A stretch of 64,000 nt of DNA. Source: an uncultured Acidobacteriota bacterium (GTDB taxonomy: Bacteria; Acidobacteriota; Vicinamibacteria; Vicinamibacterales; Fen-181). Location of the stretch: contig CAVSGZ010000007.1 of assembly GCA_963727765.1 (NCBI GenBank), positions 462,344 to 526,343 of the forward strand. The letters are read 5' to 3'. This document shows positions 25,405-35,265 of this stretch, in pieces. The notes beneath the pieces were generated by a model. It was not told where the DNA came from. It saw only the letters and a program-made list of their open reading frames with translations, and searched no databases. Made by a program: the position numbers and the translations under genes. Numbering within the stretch: position 1 is the stretch's first letter; every line of letters starts with the position of its first letter.

Positions 25405-27432
25405 CTACTCGTCGCGAGCGGCTTCGGCTCCGGCGGCGCCCGTCGCCTTCACGTCGTGGCCCGGCCCGTCCGGCGTCGCGTGGGTCCGGTGTGCCGGCCT
25501 CGTGCCGGTAATCCACGACGGGTTCATCGGGTACTCACCCGGATCGAACACCACCCAGTAGAAATGCCACACGAGGATGGCGAGCGTGGCGAGCACCGCC
25601 TCGTAGTAGTGGATCACCTGCGCCACGTCGTGCCACACCTTGGGCAGCAGGCGCAGGACGGTCTCGGTGAACACCAGCATGATGCCGGTCACGGCCATGA
25701 TCACCGAGCCCCACACCAGTGCCCAGTATTCCGCCTTCTCGGCGTAGTTCCACCGGCGGGCCGGGGGCTGGCCGGCACCGATTCCCAGGTTGTACATCAC
25801 TTGGGCCCACGCGTCCTTCGCGTCGGCCCATGCGAACCACAGCGCACGGCCTTGACTGCGGCCGGACCGCGTACCCAAGAGGGCGCCGAGGTGCACGACG
25901 AAGAAGACCACGAACGCCCATCCGAAGACGCGGTGGAGCAGCGCACGCAGCGCGTTCCCGTCGGGCAGGACCGTGAACGGCCAGCTGAAGAACGCCTCCG
26001 GGAACTTGTGGACGAACCCGGTGTAGGCCAGGCCGACGAACAGCACCATAAGCACCGTGTGCTGATGGCGAAGCCACGGTGTCAGGCGCACCTCCGCGTT
26101 GGGGTCGGCCTTCACGGCGCGCACATGGTCTCTGGACTTGCGGTAGTAGTCGAGTGCGACGAACAGCGCCATTCCGCCAATCGTCACCACGATGACGACG
26201 ATGTAGACGATGGTGACGAGGTTGACGACCCACGGCTTGTCGGCGTGCGGGCCGGACGGCGCGTGGACCCTGAAGAACTCGGCGCTCATTCGGTTGCCGA
26301 TGCCGGGATGGCACTTGCCGCAGGTCTGGGGCAACTGTGCCGGGTTGACCTTCGATTCCGGATCCGATGACGGCAGAATGTCGTGGACGCCGTGGCAGGA
26401 CGAGCAGTTGGCGACTGTGACGTTGCCGCCCTGCAGCGCCAGGCCGTGGAAGCTCTGGGTGTAGGTGCTCATGACGTCGGGCGGCAGGCCGTACTGCGTC
26501 GCGATCCGCTGCGCCGCATGGCACTGGGCGCACGTCCCGGGCACGTTCGCGGCGGACACCCGCGACGAAGCGAGCTTCACCGCCGCGATGCTGTGCTCGC
26601 CGTGGCAGTCAGTGCAGACGGGCGCGTCGCGCACGCCCTGCGCCACCGCTTTGCCGTGGATGCTCATGGCGTAGGTGCGCTGGATGTTCTCGTGGCATTT
26701 CCCGCAGGTCGAGGGCACGGTGCGCCAGTAGAGCTTGGAGTTGGGGTTGGTCGACTTGTGGAGGTCGTGCGACCCGTGGCAGTCAGTGCAGACGGCGGAG
26801 TTCATTACCTTCTTCTGGATGACGGCGATGCCGTGGACGCTCGTCTCGTAGCTGACAATCGGGTTCTCCTGGCTCAGGTTGAACCGCCGCATCTCCGCCG
26901 TATTGCCGTGGCAGCGTCCGCAGGTGGTCGCGAGATTGGCCCGGTTGACCGGGGACTGCGGATCCCGCGAGTTCAGCAGGATGTGGGACGCTCCGTGACA
27001 GTCCTTGCATGAGGCGGCCTCGGTGACGCCCTTGTGGACCGCCTGGCCGTGGTCGCTCTTCAGGTAGATTTCCGTCTCAATGCGATGGCAGTTCGAGCAG
27101 GCCACCGGCTTGGGCACGAACTTGTCGGGGTGCGGCACTTCCCGGATGTCCGTATGGCAGCTCGTGCAGCGGTTCTTGCCGTGGATCGACGCCTGATACT
27201 GCTGGAGGTCCACGAAGATCGATTTCGGCTTGCCGTCCGGTCCCGTCGTGGCGAAGTCCTTGTCACCATGACACGCCAGGCAGTCGGTGTTCGCGATGGC
27301 CGCCGGCGCCCTGGCGGCTGTTTGGGCTTTCAGGCTGGCAGCGCCGGCCAGCAGCACGAGCGCCACGAGAAAGAGGACTTCTAAGAACTCATGACTGCGA
27401 GCCGATCTGGTCGAGCCAGTGGGAGTGGGCAT
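25405..27432 (-). CDS. Multihaem cytochrome c (11 CXXCH) fused to a C-terminal dihaem cytochrome b-type (FdnI/HydC-like) membrane domain; CbcL-like
   Basis: Signal peptide, 11 CXXCH (CLACH..CGKCH), then 5 hydrophobic helices with conserved His (HQHTVLMV, LLHRVFGW..VVHLG, WHDVAQVIHYYE..VWHFYW). Confidence 0.85.
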   Translation of the reverse strand: MPTPTGSTRSARSHEFLEVLFLVALVLLAGAASLKAQTAARAPAAIANTDCLACHGDKDFATTGPDGKPKSIFVDLQQYQASIHGKNRCTSCHTDIREVPHPDKFVPKPVACSNCHRIETEIYLKSDHGQAVHKGVTEAASCKDCHGASHILLNSRDPQSPVNRANLATTCGRCHGNTAEMRRFNLSQENPIVSYETSVHGIAVIQKKVMNSAVCTDCHGSHDLHKSTNPNSKLYWRTVPSTCGKCHENIQRTYAMSIHGKAVAQGVRDAPVCTDCHGEHSIAAVKLASSRVSAANVPGTCAQCHAAQRIATQYGLPPDVMSTYTQSFHGLALQGGNVTVANCSSCHGVHDILPSSDPESKVNPAQLPQTCGKCHPGIGNRMSAEFFRVHAPSGPHADKPWVVNLVTIVYIVVIVVTIGGMALFVALDYYRKSRDHVRAVKADPNAEVRLTPWLRHQHTVLMVLFVGLAYTGFVHKFPEAFFSWPFTVLPDGNALRALLHRVFGWAFVVFFVVHLGALLGTRSGRSQGRALWFAWADAKDAWAQVMYNLGIGAGQPPARRWNYAEKAEYWALVWGSVIMAVTGIMLVFTETVLRLLPKVWHDVAQVIHYYEAVLATLAILVWHFYWVVFDPGEYPMNPSWITGTRPAHRTHATPDGPGHDVKATGAAGAEAARDE

Positions 27433-27623
27433 GGGTGGTTGTCCGTAGCGATCTCGCTGGAGTGCGGCGGCTTCAGGCCGCCCTGCTCAAGAACCGAGAC
27501 ATCATAACCCAAGGTCTGACAGACGCGGCATGCCACGACTCATCCATCCGGGGCGAAAGGCGGCGACGGCCCCTCATCCTCCGGGTGGTCGGCTGACGGC
27601 TCGGCGTCAGCGGACCTGACCCG

Positions 27624-28010
27624 CTACCGGTCTGGCCCAATCGAGAGCACATAGGCGGTCAACTGGAGTACGGCGTCCTCTCCGAGGGAGCGCCAACCAG
27701 GCATCGGCGTTCCGGGCAAGCCGTCGCGCACCGCCCGGTACACCCGCTGGGGGGAGGTCGACTGACGCCACGCCTGGTTGGTGAAGTCGCGCGGCGGCGT
27801 CGAAAACGCCGAAGCCCGCATCCCCTGGCCGTCGCCCCGCGCGCCGTGGCAAATCTCGCAATAGCGCTGATACAGCGCGCGGCCTGCGCGAGCGGCCTCT
27901 GGGGCAGCGACGCGCGAGTCGAAGTCGGGCGGCAGGTCAGTGGGACGACGACACGACAGGCCTGTCGCCGCCAGCCACGCCGCCGCCACGACCGGAAGCA
28001 GTCGGGGCAT
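27624..28010 (-). CDS. Monohaem class I cytochrome c
   Basis: CEICHGARGDGQG haem motif and distal PMPGW Met. N-terminal hydrophobic signal MPRLLPVVAAAWLAA. Start is 28010 or 28067, and either overlaps the end of the protease gene. Confidence 0.75.
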   Translation of the reverse strand: MPRLLPVVAAAWLAATGLSCRRPTDLPPDFDSRVAAPEAARAGRALYQRYCEICHGARGDGQGMRASAFSTPPRDFTNQAWRQSTSPQRVYRAVRDGLPGTPMPGWRSLGEDAVLQLTAYVLSIGPDR

Positions 28011-28503
28011 CGCCAGCCTTCTTCTCGAGCGGGTAGCCGAGGCGGGCGGCTTCCTCGCAGACGACATCGACGAGCTGCGTGAAGGTGGCCTGCACCCGGG
28101 GTGACAGCCCGATCCCCAGTTCCGTCGTCTCGGGCACGCTGCCGAGCAAGACCAGAGTGGGAGGCACCCGGCCGCGCCATCGTGCGGCCTCGATCAAGTC
28201 TGACACGCCCACCTGGTGGACCGAGAGGCGGCCCGCGACGGCCGGGCCGACCTCCTCGCCCTCGAGGCGCACGAGCGTGCCCGGCGGCCCGTCGGCGTCG
28301 ATGGCATCGACGAGGATCGCGCACTCGGCGTCTTCGAGGTAGGGCAGAAGCTGGAGGCCCAGGGTGCCGCCGTCGAGAACCTGCACGCCGTCGGGCAGCG
28401 TGCGGGTCTCGGCAATCCGCTGGGCCACCATGGCTCCGAGCCCATCGTCGGTGCACAGCAGGTTGCCGAGGCCCAGGATCAGCAGGCGCGAACGACTATC
28501 CAC
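27937..28503 (-). CDS. [NiFe] hydrogenase maturation endopeptidase (HyaD/HybD family)
   Basis: LILGLGNLLCTDDGLGAMV..ILVDAID..HQVG motifs, directly downstream of the cytochrome b subunit. Confidence 0.88.
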   Translation of the reverse strand: MDSRSRLLILGLGNLLCTDDGLGAMVAQRIAETRTLPDGVQVLDGGTLGLQLLPYLEDAECAILVDAIDADGPPGTLVRLEGEEVGPAVAGRLSVHQVGVSDLIEAARWRGRVPPTLVLLGSVPETTELGIGLSPRVQATFTQLVDVVCEEAARLGYPLEKKAGDAPTASGRGGGVAGGDRPVVSSSH

Positions 28504-29224
28504 GCGTGTCCTTGCGGTCGATGAACCGATAGCCCGAATACACGAGGTCCTCGCGCGGCACGAACTTGTAGCCCGAGAAGATCGACTCCACCGTCGCGTT
28601 GGCCTCGACCTGTGACATCAGGACCGCGCTGTAGACGTGGTGAACGGCAAATCCGATCAGCATCCACATGAACCCGTGGTGGAGCCAGCGGGCCGTCGAG
28701 ACGCCGCCGAACCACGGCACCAGGAAGGTGAACCACCGGAGCGGCGAGCCGACGTGGGCGCTCACCGAGTACATCGCGAGCCCGGTGCCGAGCATGATCA
28801 GGTAGACCACGAACACGACCGTGTAGGCGAGGCCCGCCAGCGGGTTGTGGCCGACGAACCCGGGCGGCTTCCGAAATCGGAACAGGTAGTAGCCGAGCGT
28901 CGGCCCGAGGGCCTTCCAGCGTTTCTTGCGCGCCGGCACGAACTTGTCCCACCTCGCATAGTTGTTGCCGGCGAACATCCACCAGATCCGGCTGATGACG
29001 GCGATGCCGAAGACGATCGCCGTCGAGTAATGAATCAGCTTGGCGAGCCCCATCAGCGACCGCTGGGACGCCAGGCCGGTCGTGATCGGCCCCGGGTTTG
29101 CGATGTAGAGGCCGGTGACCGCCAGCACGGCGATCGAGCCGGCGATGAACCAGTGGCACACGCGCACGGGCCACTCCCAGACGTAGACCCGGACGGTCTC
29201 GGCGAGGGGTTGGTCCTGGATCAT
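28496..29224 (-). CDS. Ni/Fe-hydrogenase b-type cytochrome subunit
   Basis: VYVWEWPVRVCHWFIA.. with four TM helices and conserved His. Overlaps the large-subunit stop. Confidence 0.9.
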   Translation of the reverse strand: MIQDQPLAETVRVYVWEWPVRVCHWFIAGSIAVLAVTGLYIANPGPITTGLASQRSLMGLAKLIHYSTAIVFGIAVISRIWWMFAGNNYARWDKFVPARKKRWKALGPTLGYYLFRFRKPPGFVGHNPLAGLAYTVVFVVYLIMLGTGLAMYSVSAHVGSPLRWFTFLVPWFGGVSTARWLHHGFMWMLIGFAVHHVYSAVLMSQVEANATVESIFSGYKFVPREDLVYSGYRFIDRKDTRG

Positions 29225-30927
29225 GGGAGCCTCACTCGCGCGACTTCCTGCTTGCGCGCGTCAAGGACGTGGACGCCACAGGCCAGACAGGGATCGAACG
29301 AGTGGATCGTGCGCAGGATCTCGACCGGCTTGGTCGGATCGGCGACCGGCGTGCCGAGCAGGGCTTCCTCGTACGGCCCGCGCTGGCTGCTGGCATCGCG
29401 CGGCCCGGCGTTCCACGTGCTGGGCACGATGCACTGGTAATTGGCGATGGCGCCGTTGCGGATGTGGACCCAGTGGCCCAGCGCCCCGCGCGGCGCTTCG
29501 TGAAACCCGGCCCCCGACGCGTCCGCCGGCCAGCTCGACGGATCCCACTTGGCGTTGTCGTGCGTCCGCAGGTCGTGCCGCGCCATGTTGGCGGCAAGCT
29601 GGTCGAGCCATTCCCCCTGCTTCTCGGCGAGCACGAGCGTCTCGATGGCGCGCGCCGCCACGCGACCGAGCGTCGAGAAGAGCGCCTCCGGCCCGACATT
29701 CAGCTTCTGCAGCACCACGCCGACCAGTTCCTTCACGCGCGGGTGCCCGGACGCGTAGGCGACGAGCATCCGCGAGAGGGGACCGACTTCCATCGGCAGC
29801 CCGGCGTAGCGGGGCGACTTGAGCCAGCTGTACTTCGCGGCCGTATCGAGCCGCTCGTAGGGAGGCTTCGGGCCGGTGTACTTGGGTTTGGTTTCTCCCT
29901 GGAACGGGTGAAGCCCCTGCTGATCGCCGCCGTCGTACTCGTACCACGAGTGGCTGACCATTTCGGTGATCTGCCCCGTGTCGAGCTTCTCGACCTTGGT
30001 CAGATCCCGTCCCCGTATCACGCCGGAGGGGAAGAACAGCGGCGGGTTCGGCCCCTCGTCCTCCGGGTACTCGCCGTAGACGAGGTAGTTGCCCACGCCG
30101 GCTCCGTACGCGGCCCAGTCCTTGTAGAACGAGGCGACGGCGAGGACGTCGGGGATGTAGACGCGGGCCACGAAGTCGTGGGCCTTGGCGATGAGCGACC
30201 GCACCGAGGCCAGCGTGTCGGCGTTGAGCGAGGCCTGCTTGTCCAGATCCACAGGCGTCGCCATGCCGCCGACGAGGAAGCTCTGGAGGTGAGGGTTCTT
30301 GCCGCCGAGGATCGCGTGGACCTTGATCACCTCGCGCTGCCACTCGAGCGCCTCGAGGTAGTGCGCGACCGCCATGAGGTTGGCTTCCGGCGGCAGCTTG
30401 TAGGCGGGGTGGCCCCAGTAGGCGTTGGCGAACGGCCCGAGCTGGCCGCGTTCGACAAACGCCTTCAGCCGGTCACGCACTCCAGCGAAGTAGGTGGCGC
30501 TCGACAGCGGCCAGTCCGAGATCGATTCGGCGAGCGACGACGTCTTGACCGGGTCGGCGCTCAGGGCGGAGACGACGTCGACCCAGTCGAGCGCGTGCAG
30601 GTGGTAGAAGTGGATCACGTGGTCCTGCACTGCCTGCATCGCGATGATCAGGTTCCGAAGCAGGCGCGCATTGGGCGGCGGCACGGCGCCGATGGCGTTC
30701 TCGACGGCCCGGATCGACGCGATCGCATGCACCGTCGTGCACACGCCGCAGATTCGCTGGGTGAAGACCCAGGCGTCGCGGGGGTCGCGGCCCTGCAGGA
30801 TCATCTCGATGCCGCGGAACATGGTGGAGGAGGACCAGGCGTCGCGCACCGTGCCGCCGTCGACTTCAGCCTCGATCCTGAGGTGCCCTTCGATCCGGGT
30901 GACCGGATCAACGACGATGTGCGTCAT
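29221..30927 (-). CDS. [NiFe] hydrogenase large subunit (group 1, membrane-bound uptake type)
   Basis: RIEGHLRIE, N-terminal RICGVCTTVH and C-terminal DPCLACGVH Ni-binding motifs followed by a cleavable tail. Confidence 0.95.
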   Translation of the reverse strand: MTHIVVDPVTRIEGHLRIEAEVDGGTVRDAWSSSTMFRGIEMILQGRDPRDAWVFTQRICGVCTTVHAIASIRAVENAIGAVPPPNARLLRNLIIAMQAVQDHVIHFYHLHALDWVDVVSALSADPVKTSSLAESISDWPLSSATYFAGVRDRLKAFVERGQLGPFANAYWGHPAYKLPPEANLMAVAHYLEALEWQREVIKVHAILGGKNPHLQSFLVGGMATPVDLDKQASLNADTLASVRSLIAKAHDFVARVYIPDVLAVASFYKDWAAYGAGVGNYLVYGEYPEDEGPNPPLFFPSGVIRGRDLTKVEKLDTGQITEMVSHSWYEYDGGDQQGLHPFQGETKPKYTGPKPPYERLDTAAKYSWLKSPRYAGLPMEVGPLSRMLVAYASGHPRVKELVGVVLQKLNVGPEALFSTLGRVAARAIETLVLAEKQGEWLDQLAANMARHDLRTHDNAKWDPSSWPADASGAGFHEAPRGALGHWVHIRNGAIANYQCIVPSTWNAGPRDASSQRGPYEEALLGTPVADPTKPVEILRTIHSFDPCLACGVHVLDARKQEVARVRLP

Positions 30928-32054
30928 ACGGTGTCCCCCTTCTTCGAGTCAGTCGTCTGGGGCTGCGCCGGCTCGGGTTCGGGCTTCTGGCGCGAGCGCT
31001 TGATGTAGGAGATCAGCCCGTGGGTGGCGAACGCCGCGGCGATGCCGGCCGTGGCCGCCACGCCGACGCGGTCCACGGTGTAGCCGGGCCCCAGGAAGGG
31101 CGGTCCCGGCAGGTGGTTGTAGAACGGCGTCATCTTGTCCCAGAAGTCCGGTTCGGCACAGCCCACGCATGGGTGGCCGCAGCCGATCGGCCAGTTGGTG
31201 CCCTCGTTCCAGCGGACGCGCGGGCAGTTCTGGAAGGTCACCGGCCCCTTGCAGCCCATCTTGTAGAGGCAGTACCCGGTGCGGTGCCCCTCGTCTCCCC
31301 AGGCCTCGACGTACTGGCCGGCGTCATAGTGCGCGCGCCGTTCGCAGTTGTCGTGGATCAGCTTGCCGTAGGCGAACAGCGGCCGCCCGAACTCGTCGAG
31401 CGGCGGCCAGTACTTGAAGGTGAGATAGTGCACGAGCAGCGCCGTGATGTTCTCGGCGTTGGCCGGGCAGGCCGGCAGGTTCACCAGGTTCTTGATTCCC
31501 GGCACCGCGTCGCGCACGCTCAGCGCGCCGGTCGGGTTGGGCGACGCCGCCGGCAGGCCGCCGTACGCCGCGCACGTGCCCATGGCGATGGTCGCCGCGG
31601 CTCCGCCGCACACCTCGCGCGCGATGTCGATCGCCGCGCGGCCGCCGATCGTGCAGTAGGCCCCGTTCTCAAACGTCGGGATCGAGCCCTCCACGACGAC
31701 GAAGTACTGCCCCTTCTTGTCGCCCACGACCTTGTGCAGCGCTTCCTCGGCTTGCGTGCCGGCCGCCGCCATGATCGTCTCGTGATAGTCCACCGAGAAC
31801 ACGTCGAGGACGATGTCCGCGACCGTTGGGCGCGCCGCCCGGAGGAACGACTCGGTGTTGCCGCAGCAGTCCTGGAACTCGAGCCAGACCAGCACCGGCT
31901 TCTCGGCCCCCTGGATGGCCTTGGCGATCTTCGCCGACACCGACGCCGGCAAGGCGAGTGTCGAGGCCATGACGGTGCAGAACCCCAGGAAATCGCGGCG
32001 GGACACCCCTCGCCGCTCCAGTTCCTCGATGAACCAGTTCTCGCGCTCGCTCAT
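30924..32054 (-). CDS. [NiFe] hydrogenase small subunit with Tat signal and C-terminal membrane anchor
   Basis: RRDFLGFC twin-Arg signal, FeS Cys ligands (WLEFQDCCGNTES, CPANAEN, CGHPCVGC), C-terminal hydrophobic helix. Confidence 0.95.
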   Translation of the reverse strand: MSERENWFIEELERRGVSRRDFLGFCTVMASTLALPASVSAKIAKAIQGAEKPVLVWLEFQDCCGNTESFLRAARPTVADIVLDVFSVDYHETIMAAAGTQAEEALHKVVGDKKGQYFVVVEGSIPTFENGAYCTIGGRAAIDIAREVCGGAAATIAMGTCAAYGGLPAASPNPTGALSVRDAVPGIKNLVNLPACPANAENITALLVHYLTFKYWPPLDEFGRPLFAYGKLIHDNCERRAHYDAGQYVEAWGDEGHRTGYCLYKMGCKGPVTFQNCPRVRWNEGTNWPIGCGHPCVGCAEPDFWDKMTPFYNHLPGPPFLGPGYTVDRVGVAATAGIAAAFATHGLISYIKRSRQKPEPEPAQPQTTDSKKGDTV

Positions 32055-32209
32055 AGGTCACGTCCTTTGACGGCAGTCGTTCGACCAGGCGAACGCTGCG
32101 CGCTTCAAGCAGGTTGGCGACCGGCCGGACGGGTCATCCGGCTCGAACGAAAGGGCCCGCGACGGGCGCCGAACGCTACCGGCGATGTGGTTGGGAGACC
32201 TGGGGCGGG

Positions 32210-32238
32210 ATTATAGCAAGAGTGCCCGCTCGCGCAAG
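32210..32238 (-). promoter_or_regulatory. Candidate sigma70-type promoter for the hydrogenase operon (TTGCGC-16 nt-TATAAT on the minus strand)
   Basis: A perfect TATAAT is the reverse complement of 32210..32215, with TTGCGC 16 nt upstream. It lies about 155 nt upstream of the small-subunit ATG. Confidence 0.45.
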
Positions 32239-32331
32239 CGCTTTCGGCACCGACGGGTCGAATGACCCTCTGCGGGACCGCACGCTCGAGCTAGGGCGTT
32301 CGGTTCACAAGCCAAGGCCGCGTGCAGCGCC

Positions 32332-33035
<704 letters not shown>

Positions 33036-33039
<4 letters not shown>

Positions 33040-33749
33040 GCCGTCGTCGCCTCCATGCTCTCGTCGACCACCTGGCCGTCGAACAGGTGGATGTTCCGGT
33101 CGGCCTGGCGCGTGAAGCGCGGGTCGTGCGTCACCATGCAGATGGTCGAGCCCTGCTGGTGCAGCTCGCGCAGCAGGTCCATCACGGCCTCGCCGTTGCG
33201 CGAGTCGAGGTTGCCGGTCGGCTCGTCGGCCAGCAGGATCAGCGGGCTCCCGACGAGCGCCCGGGCGACGGCGACGCGCTGCTGCTGGCCGCCGGACAGC
33301 TGGCTCGGCAGGTGCTTGGCGCGGTGCGCCATCCCGACCTTCTCGAGCGCCTCGGTCACGCGCGTCTTCCGCTCCGACGACTTCATGCCGCGGTAGGTGA
33401 GCGGCAGCTCGACGTTCTCGAAGACGCTGAGGTCGCCGATCAGGTTGAAGCTCTGGAAGATGAAGCCGATCTCCCGGTTGCGGATGCGCGCCCGGTCGGC
33501 CATGTTCAGGTTCGCCACCGGCTGGCCGTTGAGCGTGTAGCTGCCGCCGGTCGGCGTGTCGAGCAGGCCCAGGATCGACAGCAGCGTCGACTTGCCGCAT
33601 CCCGAGGGACCGGCGATCGAGACGTACTCGCCCTTCCTGATCTCCATGTGGATGCCGGACAGGGCGTGGGTTTCGACTTCGTCGGTGTAGAAGACCTTGG
33701 TCACACCGTCGAGCCGAATGAGCGGTTGCGTTTGGCCGTTGCCGTTCAT
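33036..33749 (-). CDS. ABC transporter ATP-binding protein (MacB/LolD-type NBD only)
   Basis: Walker A GPSGCGKST, LSGGQQQR, LLADEPTGNLD, MVTHD. Confidence 0.9.
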
Positions 33750-33783
33750 CGTGCCTCCAGATTGCCCGTGACCTGCCGGGCGG

Positions 33784-35040
33784 CTACTTCAGCCTGATGC
33801 GATCGAACGCGTCGTACTGGGACATGTCGGACAGGATGACCTGGTCGCCCTGCTTCAACCCGGCCTTGACTTCGACCGTGTTGACCGACGTCTTGCCAAT
33901 CGTCACCTTCACCCGCGTGCAGTTGACTCCGTCCTCATCCAGCTTGAAGAGGCTGATGACGCTCTGCTCCTGCCCGTAGGTGGGGCGGCCGACGTAGAGG
34001 ATGTCGTTGAGCCGCTCGAGTTCGATCGTGCCGTCGACGCTCAGGTCCGGGCGCGCGCCCTTCGGCAGCTCGCCTTCGAGCGCCACGTCCACCGTCACCG
34101 TGCCGTTCTGGACCGCGGGGTCGATGCGCGAGACCTTGCCCTGGATGATGCCGTTCCTGGTGTCGATGGCCGCGGGCTGTCCGATCATCACGTCCTTGGC
34201 CTGCGTCTCCGCGATCTTCAGCTGCGCCTTCAGGTGATTCTGATCGGCGACGCGCGCGAGGTTGGTCCCCGGGCTCACCTGCTGCCCGACTTCGACCGGG
34301 ACCTGCTGCAGCATTCCCGCCAGCCCTGCGCGCACATGCAGCTGATTCACCTGGCTCTGGCGCAGGTCCACCAGCGCGCGCAGCCGATCCACCTCGGCCT
34401 GCTGCACGGCCATCCGCGACTGCGACGAATCGCGCATGGCCCCCAGCCGCTTCCGCTCGATCTGATCGCGGTCGCCGAGGTTGTCCGATCTCACCTGAGA
34501 AAGCTTGGTCGTCAGCGACGACACCAGGCCCTCCTTGGCCAGTTCGGCGTCGGCTTCGGCCTGGAGCTTCGCCTGCCGGTAGTCGGCCGTCACCGCACTC
34601 GCCGCCGCTTCCTGGGCGAGCAGTTCGTTGGCGACGGTCACCTTCAGGTTCAGATACTGCGCCTCGGCCGCCTTGAGCTGCTGCTGGGCCTCGAGCAGCG
34701 CCTGCGTCTGCGTCGGGTTCACCAGCTCCAGGATGATGGTCTCGGCCGTCACCGGCGTGCCCGGGTAGACGACGATCCGCTCGACGCGGCCGTCGGTGGC
34801 GGCGGGGATCCACCGGATATCCTCGGGCACGAGCGTGCCCAGCCCTCGAACCTGCCGCACCATCGGCCCCCGTTTCACGGTGTCGATGTACGCAGCGCCG
34901 CGCTCGACGGTCGGTGCCGCCGGCTTGAGGCGCGAGAGCGCCAGGGTCACCACGCCGACGAGGACGATGACGACGCCGGCAATGATGAACTGCCGGATCT
35001 TCTTGTTGCGTGCCACGCTGGAGGGTCGTTGAATATCCAT
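33784..35040 (-). CDS. HlyD/MacA-type periplasmic adaptor (membrane fusion protein)
   Basis: N-terminal TM helix, coiled-coil hairpin region, beta-barrel and lipoyl-like segments typical of an MFP. Confidence 0.85.
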   Translation of the reverse strand: MDIQRPSSVARNKKIRQFIIAGVVIVLVGVVTLALSRLKPAAPTVERGAAYIDTVKRGPMVRQVRGLGTLVPEDIRWIPAATDGRVERIVVYPGTPVTAETIILELVNPTQTQALLEAQQQLKAAEAQYLNLKVTVANELLAQEAAASAVTADYRQAKLQAEADAELAKEGLVSSLTTKLSQVRSDNLGDRDQIERKRLGAMRDSSQSRMAVQQAEVDRLRALVDLRQSQVNQLHVRAGLAGMLQQVPVEVGQQVSPGTNLARVADQNHLKAQLKIAETQAKDVMIGQPAAIDTRNGIIQGKVSRIDPAVQNGTVTVDVALEGELPKGARPDLSVDGTIELERLNDILYVGRPTYGQEQSVISLFKLDEDGVNCTRVKVTIGKTSVNTVEVKAGLKQGDQVILSDMSQYDAFDRIRLK

Positions 35041-35265
35041 CTTCGAAAGGCTTAGACGTGCGAAATGGCAAAAAAGGTCACTCCGGATCGTCCGTTGAGG
35101 CGGACACCACCCGGCCAGGGGCCGCTCACGAGGACGGCGCCGGCGTGTGCGGGCACAATTATATACCGTGAGGGCAATAGGTTACAGTGACGACTGCGCT
35201 TGATTTCACAGGTCGCGGATGCGCGGGAACCGACCCATTCGTCCCGTAAACGGGCGGTCTCCAGG

